From the NCBI GenBank assembly GCA_027064425.1, contig JAMOPO010000052.1:128001-192000 (forward strand): a stretch of 64,000 nucleotides of DNA, read 5' to 3'. Shown piece after piece: positions 58,232-64,000 of this stretch; position 1 is the first letter of the stretch, and each line of letters opens with the position of its first letter. This stretch comes from Methanobacteriota archaeon (lineage in GTDB: Archaea > JAADCQ01 > Methanopyri > Methanopyrales > Methanopyraceae). The notes under the pieces are model-generated. The model saw only the letters and a list, made by a program, of their open reading frames with translations, was not told where the DNA came from and did no database searches. The translations under genes were made by a program, and so were the position numbers.

Positions 58232-59131
58232 CTACCCCGGCGGCTTGTAGGGCAGCCGCTTGAAGACCTCGATCATCTCGTCCCGGGAGACGATCTCCCG
58301 ATCACCGAACCGCACGCAGGGCTCCTCGATGATCTCACCCGCCACGGTGAACGGGCAGTTCTCCTCGAAGGCGATCTCGGCCGCTCGCTCCACGTCGTCC
58401 GGGTGAATGCACACCATGAAAATTCCGAGGTAGCCGGTCCACGTCGAGTACGGCATGGAGCGCAGCACGGCGCCCTTCCGGGCCTTGCCCAGCATCTCCA
58501 GCAGGTTACCTAATATCCCGCCCCGGCTCGCGTCCTTCGCCGCGCTGATGTCGATGCCCTCCCGGATGAACCGAAGGAAGGCGTTGAACTTCACCTTCGC
58601 CCGCCGAACCCGCTCGCCCACCTCGCCTCGCACCGGTTCACCCAGGAAGACCAGCTTGTCCCCGGGCCGCGCCGTTCCGTCCGGGATCGGCTCCTTGGAG
58701 ATCAGTCGACCAACCACCGCCACGGACACGCACGGAACCAGCTCCGGGTGCGACTGCGTGTTCCCGCCCAGGATCTGAATCCCCAGCCCTTCCGCCTGCT
58801 TGCGCAGGTCCTCCAGAATCTCCTCCGCCTGCTCCTCGTCCTCCGCCTGCACGGAGTCGAAAGCCACCAGCGGCTCGCCGCCCGTCACCACCACGTCCGC
58901 GGCCGAGTGGATGATCGCCGTCTTGCGCCCGATCTTCGCCGGGTACGGCCCCTCCATATTGATAACCAGACGCTCGCCGTCCACCTCTATGACCGTCGCG
59001 TCGTCTCCCTGGAGCGGCCCGAGGATCACGTTCCACTCCTCGGGCACCTCGCGAAACAGCCGCCGACAGAAGTTCGTCTCCTCGATGTGCTCCAGCAGCC
59101 GCTCCAGGTCCACCTCTGGGACCTCGCTCAA
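58232..59131 (-). CDS. AIR synthase-related (PurM/HypE/ThiL-fold) protein
   Basis: GDDATVI, DVVVTGGEP, ILGGNT, ARPGD, KDASRGGI. Confidence 0.8.
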   Translation of the reverse strand: MSEVPEVDLERLLEHIEETNFCRRLFREVPEEWNVILGPLQGDDATVIEVDGERLVINMEGPYPAKIGRKTAIIHSAADVVVTGGEPLVAFDSVQAEDEEQAEEILEDLRKQAEGLGIQILGGNTQSHPELVPCVSVAVVGRLISKEPIPDGTARPGDKLVFLGEPVRGEVGERVRRAKVKFNAFLRFIREGIDISAAKDASRGGILGNLLEMLGKARKGAVLRSMPYSTWTGYLGIFMVCIHPDDVERAAEIAFEENCPFTVAGEIIEEPCVRFGDREIVSRDEMIEVFKRLPYKPPG

Positions 59132-60303
59132 CCCGCAACCCCCGCGAGCTTCAGCGCCGTTGGTACGGCGAGCGCCGCGCTGCACACCGACGGATCGACG
59201 CCCCTCCTCAGCGCGTAAATCCCTATTCCCGAGCAGAGCAGGCAGAGCCCCAGCGCGCCCGGGCCCCGGTGAGCCGCCAGCGCCAGGAGCGCCGCGGTGA
59301 CGATCGCGGTCGCCACCTGGGCGCGGACGCCCGTCAGCACACTCCCAAAGACCCGGGACGAGTACACCAGGAGCCACGTCCCGAGCGGGAGGGAGGCCGC
59401 GTAAAGGCCGGCCGCGGTCAGCGCCTCCCCCAACGTCAGCTCCCCTACGTGCTCCTGCAGGAACACCGAGGCACCGCTCCTCGGGTTGCCAAGGGCGTGG
59501 AGGGCGAGAATGGACGAGAGATTATCTGAGGCGTCGACCCCGGAGACAACCATGATGTACTCGTCCTCGCCCCTCACCCCGAGCCGCCGCAAAAGCGAGA
59601 TGACGTTGGCCGGACCCAAGCCGAGCAGGAGCCCCAGGACCACCCCGGTGAACGTCCCCAGCAGTCCGCATCTCACCAGCTTGGCGCCCGGGACGCTGGC
59701 TCTCGCCCTCGCCTGCCTCGGCACCTCCGGCCGGTTGAGGGCGCAAGACACGCCCGGTCCCACCGCGTAGAACCCCGTCAGCATCGACTCGATCGGTCCC
59801 GGGACGCTGACGCCGGCGCCCAGCAGGGCCAGACAGCCCGCGCCCGCGCTGGCCCCCGCGATCAGGAAGCCGTCGAGGCCGTTGTCTAGGATCTGGAGCC
59901 CGATCACCGCCAGGATCAGGATCGGGACGATCGGCCGGAGGGCGTCGTAAGCCGTCGCGATAACCCCGGAGAGAATCGGTAGGAGCGGGGCGGTGATTAA
60001 GGCCGCCGCTAGGGTGCCGAGGGCGGAGAGCCTGGCGGCCTCCTCCGCCCGCCCGGCGAGTGTGTACCGCTGGAACGGGATCAGGACGACCGTCGTCGTC
60101 TGGTCGTCCGGTACTCCCAGAAACATACTTTCAAGCTTGGATACCGGAGTGTTGATCGCGGAGGACACCACGGCGAACGATAACAGGTCGTCCCGCCGCA
60201 GCGGGCCGGGATCGAACTCTGAGAAAAATGTGTTCGGGTGGAGGCCCGGGACGTACCCGGAGATTATACCCGTCAGCACCCCTAGGCAGGCTCCACCGAT
60301 CAA
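59128..60303 (-). CDS. TctA-like tripartite tricarboxylate transporter permease (archaeal type)
   Basis: G.ISG.VPGLHPN, FLGVPD, GNPRSGA; many TM helices. Confidence 0.8.
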   Translation of the reverse strand: MIGGACLGVLTGIISGYVPGLHPNTFFSEFDPGPLRRDDLLSFAVVSSAINTPVSKLESMFLGVPDDQTTTVVLIPFQRYTLAGRAEEAARLSALGTLAAALITAPLLPILSGVIATAYDALRPIVPILILAVIGLQILDNGLDGFLIAGASAGAGCLALLGAGVSVPGPIESMLTGFYAVGPGVSCALNRPEVPRQARARASVPGAKLVRCGLLGTFTGVVLGLLLGLGPANVISLLRRLGVRGEDEYIMVVSGVDASDNLSSILALHALGNPRSGASVFLQEHVGELTLGEALTAAGLYAASLPLGTWLLVYSSRVFGSVLTGVRAQVATAIVTAALLALAAHRGPGALGLCLLCSGIGIYALRRGVDPSVCSAALAVPTALKLAGVAG

Positions 60304-60331
60304 CGCACCCCGTCGGGGAGTGTCGTCGGAG

Positions 60332-60877
60332 ATGCTGAAACACATTTGGAACTCGTTTGCGATAGGGATGGGAGCGGCCTGGATCCTCGGGACACTGGCC
60401 CTCTCGATCGCGGTGCTGGGCCCCTTCACGACCCTAGCCGCCTTCCTGGCCCTATCAGCGGTGCTGGGGGTGTCCGTCTACCGGTCCGTGTCCCCGGCGG
60501 CGCTGGTGCGGGGGGCCGGGCTGTTGCTGCTCCTGGTGCTGAACGTCGCGCGGCTGTCGTACCTGACGCCAATCCTGGCGGCCTCGGTCCTGGTACCACT
60601 CTTCTACGTCAACCGGCTGTGGTTCCTGGCGGTCATGGCCCTGTCCGGCGTCGTTTTGATCCTTCGGGCTATCGTGGAGTTCCACCGAGCGATGCTGGAG
60701 GTGGACCCAGAGTACAGGGCCCGCGTGAGCGCGCTGGCCGCGGCGCTGACCCACGTCTGGCAGAGGATGGTGGAGGGACTGAGAGCGGTGGCGGCGGCGT
60801 CCGTGGAGCGCGGTGAGGAGCTTCGAGGGTCCCTTACCGTGTGGGGTAAGCGCCTGCTGCGGTGGGTGATGAGCTGA
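60332..60877 (+). CDS. Hypothetical membrane protein
   Basis: 4-5 TM helices; ATG 60332. Confidence 0.6.
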   Translation: MLKHIWNSFAIGMGAAWILGTLALSIAVLGPFTTLAAFLALSAVLGVSVYRSVSPAALVRGAGLLLLLVLNVARLSYLTPILAASVLVPLFYVNRLWFLAVMALSGVVLILRAIVEFHRAMLEVDPEYRARVSALAAALTHVWQRMVEGLRAVAAASVERGEELRGSLTVWGKRLLRWVMS

Positions 60878-60927
60878 ACCGCGTCCGCGGTCCAATCGTC
60901 ATCACCGCTCAGCAGCGCGGGACGTCG

Positions 60928-62202
60928 TCATCCGCGTCCGTCCCAGTCCACGAGCACCCCGTCCTCGATCAGCATTTTGCCCTCCGGGACGTTCTTGCGC
61001 ACGACCGTGGACGGGGCCGTGGCCGAGTAGGGACCGAGCTTCCGACCCGGCAGGATCGAGGTGTTAACACCCGTCTTCACGCCGTCCCCGATCACCGCGC
61101 CGAACTTCCGCCGTCCGGTATCCTCCAGCTCGCCCTTCACGACCACCTTCACGTTGCGCTCGTCGTGCCGGAGGTTGGCGATCACGGTCCCCGCGCCGAG
61201 GTTGCACTCGGCCCCGATGACGCTGTCCCCGACGTAGGACAGGTGGCTCACGTTCGTGTCCTCCATGATGATTGAGTTCTTGATCTCCACGGCTTGCCCC
61301 ACGCGGACGTTCCCTACGAGCGTCGTGGCGGGTCGGATGTAGCAGTTGGGACCCAGCTCGCACCCGGGTCCGATGTACGCGGGACCCTCCACAACCGTGC
61401 CCGGCTTGAGTACGGCGCCCTCCGCCACCCACACCGGGCCCCGGAGCTCGACGCCCTCCTCCACGATCCCTTCAACCTCAGGGCGGTCCATGACGTTCCT
61501 GAGCGCCCACTCGTTCGCGTCCAGTAGGTCCCACGGTCGGCCCACGTCCGACCAGTACACGTCCTGCGGAACGCCCTTGACCTCCTCCTCGCGCGCCGCC
61601 GTCAGCAGCGCGTCCGTGATCTCGAACTCCCCGCGCGGGGACAGCTTCACGTCCTCCAGGTAGCGCTCGAACTCGGGCTCCAGCACGTAGACTCCCGCGT
61701 TCGCGAGGTTCGAGGGGGCCTCCTCCGGGTCCGGCTTCTCCACCAGGCTCCGGACGTAGCCATCCTCCAGCTCCACCACGCCGAACTCCGAGGGGTCGTC
61801 GACCTCAACCAGCGCCATCGAGGCGACTCCTTCGTGCTCCTTCACCGTCCGCTCCACGAGCTTCGGGTCGAAGACCAGGTCACCGTTGGCCACGACCACG
61901 GGCTCGTCCGGCTCGATCTCGCGCCACGCCACGTACACGGCGTGCGCGGTGCCGAGCGGCTTACCCTGCCGGACGAACGAGAGCTCGACCTCCCCGCCCC
62001 ACCGGTCCTCAACGTACTCCTCCACCGCCCCCGCCTTGTACTCCGTCACCACGACCAGCCGCTCTACGCCCGCCCGGACCAGCGCCTCGATCGAGAAGTC
62101 GATGAGCCGCCGGTCCGCCACCGGTAGCAGGACCTTGGGGCGCGTCCGCGTCAGCGGCCTCATCCTCGTGCCCTCACCGGCCGCGAGCACGATGCCGATC
62201 AT
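60928..62202 (-). CDS. glmU: Bifunctional sugar-1-phosphate nucleotidylyltransferase/acetyltransferase (GlmU-like)
   Basis: LAAGEGTRMRPLT..RPK, EKP, C-terminal beta-helix with HLSYVGDS; adjacent to glmM. Confidence 0.9.
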   Translation of the reverse strand: MIGIVLAAGEGTRMRPLTRTRPKVLLPVADRRLIDFSIEALVRAGVERLVVVTEYKAGAVEEYVEDRWGGEVELSFVRQGKPLGTAHAVYVAWREIEPDEPVVVANGDLVFDPKLVERTVKEHEGVASMALVEVDDPSEFGVVELEDGYVRSLVEKPDPEEAPSNLANAGVYVLEPEFERYLEDVKLSPRGEFEITDALLTAAREEEVKGVPQDVYWSDVGRPWDLLDANEWALRNVMDRPEVEGIVEEGVELRGPVWVAEGAVLKPGTVVEGPAYIGPGCELGPNCYIRPATTLVGNVRVGQAVEIKNSIIMEDTNVSHLSYVGDSVIGAECNLGAGTVIANLRHDERNVKVVVKGELEDTGRRKFGAVIGDGVKTGVNTSILPGRKLGPYSATAPSTVVRKNVPEGKMLIEDGVLVDWDGRG

Positions 62203-63557
62203 CCTCTCACCCCGCGCAGGCACTCCTCCACCAGGCTCACGAACTCATCCCGCAGCTCCCTCGCCCGCTCCTCCGACTCCGCCTCGACCGTGACCCTTAC
62301 CACGGGCTCCGTGCCCGAGGGCCGGATCAGGGCCCAACCGTCCTCCAGCTCGACCCGGACGCCGTCCACGGTGTCGATCTCGTCGTAGTTCTCCCGGACT
62401 CGGCGCTCCACGCACTCCATCACCTTCGGCTTCAGCTCGTCCGGGCACTCCACGTTCTCGCGCAGCGTTGGGTACCTCGGCACCTCCTCCAGCAGCTCCG
62501 ACAGTGGCCTCCCCTCCTCCGCGAGTAGACTCACCATCCAGGCCGCGGAGAGCGGACCGTCCGGGCACATGTGCGCGTCCGGGTGGATCCACGTCCCGTT
62601 GGGCTCGCCGCCGAAAACGCAACCCTCCCGCTTGATCGCCTCCGCCACGTACACGTCGCCCACCTTGGTTCGGACCACCTCACCGCCCAGCTCCCGCACG
62701 ACCTCGTCCACGACCATCGAGGCATCCACGTTGACCGCCACCTTGCCCGCGCCCTTCTCCTCCAGGATCCGCCGGCACACGAGCGCCAGCACCTCGTCGT
62801 ACCCGGCGAACTCGCCCTCTTCCGTCACGAACACGACCCGATCCGCGTCCCCGTCGTGCGCGATGCCGAGGTCCGCGTCGACCGACCTCACCGTTCGCAT
62901 GAGCTCCCTCAAGTGCTCCGGCCGGGGCTCCGGGTGTCGGCCCGGGAAGTGACCGTCCAGGTGCGCGTTGATCGTGATCACCTCGCAGCCCATCTCCCGA
63001 AGCACGGTCGGGGTGACCAGGGACGAGGGACCGTTCGCACAGTCCACCACGACGCGCAGGCCCTCGCCGTCCGCCTCCACCTCCCTCAGGATCCTCTCCA
63101 CGTGCACCTCCGGCGCGCCCTCCTCCCGCGTGACCCCCTTAAACTCGCGCCAGTCCGGGTACTCCGGCTCCCCGTCCATGATCTCCTCGATCTCCCGCTC
63201 CTGATCCGGCGTGAACGCCATGCCGTCCGAGTTCCAGAACTTGATCCCGTTGTACTCCGGCGGGTTGTGCGACGCCGTCACCATCACGCCCGCGTCGAGG
63301 CCCTCCTCGGACACGTAGCAGCCCAGGGTGGGCGTGCAGACCACGCCCACGTCGACGACCTCACACCCCTGCGAGAGCAGGCCCGCGATCACCGCCGAGG
63401 CGATGGCGTCCCCGTGGACCCGCGTATCGCGGCCCACGGCTACCCTCCCACCGCCCAGGTACTCACCCAGCGCTCGACCCGCTCGGAGCGCGAGCTCCGG
63501 CGTCAGAAACTCACCTACCTTGCCCCGGATGCCCGAGGTGCCGAAGTACTTACCCAC
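62199..63557 (-). CDS. glmM: Phosphoglucosamine mutase / phosphohexomutase
   Basis: [33 protein letters not shown]. Confidence 0.93.
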   Translation of the reverse strand: MGKYFGTSGIRGKVGEFLTPELALRAGRALGEYLGGGRVAVGRDTRVHGDAIASAVIAGLLSQGCEVVDVGVVCTPTLGCYVSEEGLDAGVMVTASHNPPEYNGIKFWNSDGMAFTPDQEREIEEIMDGEPEYPDWREFKGVTREEGAPEVHVERILREVEADGEGLRVVVDCANGPSSLVTPTVLREMGCEVITINAHLDGHFPGRHPEPRPEHLRELMRTVRSVDADLGIAHDGDADRVVFVTEEGEFAGYDEVLALVCRRILEEKGAGKVAVNVDASMVVDEVVRELGGEVVRTKVGDVYVAEAIKREGCVFGGEPNGTWIHPDAHMCPDGPLSAAWMVSLLAEEGRPLSELLEEVPRYPTLRENVECPDELKPKVMECVERRVRENYDEIDTVDGVRVELEDGWALIRPSGTEPVVRVTVEAESEERARELRDEFVSLVEECLRGVRG

Positions 63558-63569
63558 GGGGGAACCCCC

Positions 63570-64000
63570 TTGCACGCGTTCCTTCTCGCCGGCGATAACG
63601 TCGAGCTGGCGCTGATGGAATTAAAGGGCGCGCTCCGGGCGGAGGTGGGCGAGAGGGAGGTCGAGGTCCACGACCGGGTCGCGGTGGTCGAGGGACTCAC
63701 CGACGATGAGGCGGAGCGGGTCGTTCGGCGGCTCGCCCGGACGCACGCGGTTTACCGGCTCGGTGAAGGGAACGCCAGGCTCGAGATCGGGGGCGAGCGC
63801 AGGCGGGCCCGACTCCTCGCGGAGCGCGAGAAGCTGTCCGACCGTAAGCCGCACAAGCGCCCCGAGTTCATGCCCGACTCCACGGAGCCCTTCCTGGCCC
63901 GAGCCCTGGTCAACCTGGCCGAGGCACGGCGCGGGGAGCGCCTGCTGGACCCGATGTGCAACGTGGGTGGGATCCTCATCGAGGCGGGGCTGATCGGGTG
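63570..64000 (+). CDS. tRNA (guanine-N2) methyltransferase Trm11/TrmG10-like, 5' part (runs off the window)
   Basis: TTG ORF not in the track: [25 protein letters not shown]....LARALVNLA....[16 protein letters not shown]. Confidence 0.8.
   Translation, partial: MHAFLLAGDNVELALMELKGALRAEVGEREVEVHDRVAVVEGLTDDEAERVVRRLARTHAVYRLGEGNARLEIGGERRRARLLAEREKLSDRKPHKRPEFMPDSTEPFLARALVNLAEARRGERLLDPMCNVGGILIEAGLIG

Overview
High-GC, very compact archaeal chromosomal segment from a methanogen. The acidic proteome, Ftr paralogue, thiol:fumarate reductase, 2-phosphoglycerate kinase and frequent GTG/TTG starts point to the Methanopyrus lineage (inference). About 80 CDSs, mostly housekeeping: pheT-ftsZ-secE-spt5-rpl11-rpl1-rplP0, rpl22-rps3-rpl29-aIF1-rnp1, tbp, tfb, gar1, metG, pan, argJ, ilvC, hisB, truA, glmM/glmU, queD/queE. 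I saw no rRNA, tRNA, CRISPR array or mobile element. Most notable: (1) a bacterial-type CitG/MdcB gene overlapping an MdcG-like phosphoribosyl-dephospho-CoA transferase, downstream of a left-handed beta-helix acyltransferase and a possible acyl-carrier-like protein, with no citrate lyase or malonate decarboxylase catalytic genes in the window, i.e. a candidate orphan prosthetic-group/acyl-carrier system; (2) a degenerate tubulin/FtsZ-like gene paired with a ribbon-helix-helix gene; (3) at least three genes that appear to start at CTG; (4) a CLC with Val in place of the gating Glu; (5) a methyltransferase inserted antisense inside the ribosomal operon; (6) a His-rich membrane-anchored mini-protein. 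All family calls come from motif recognition by eye; no searches were run.
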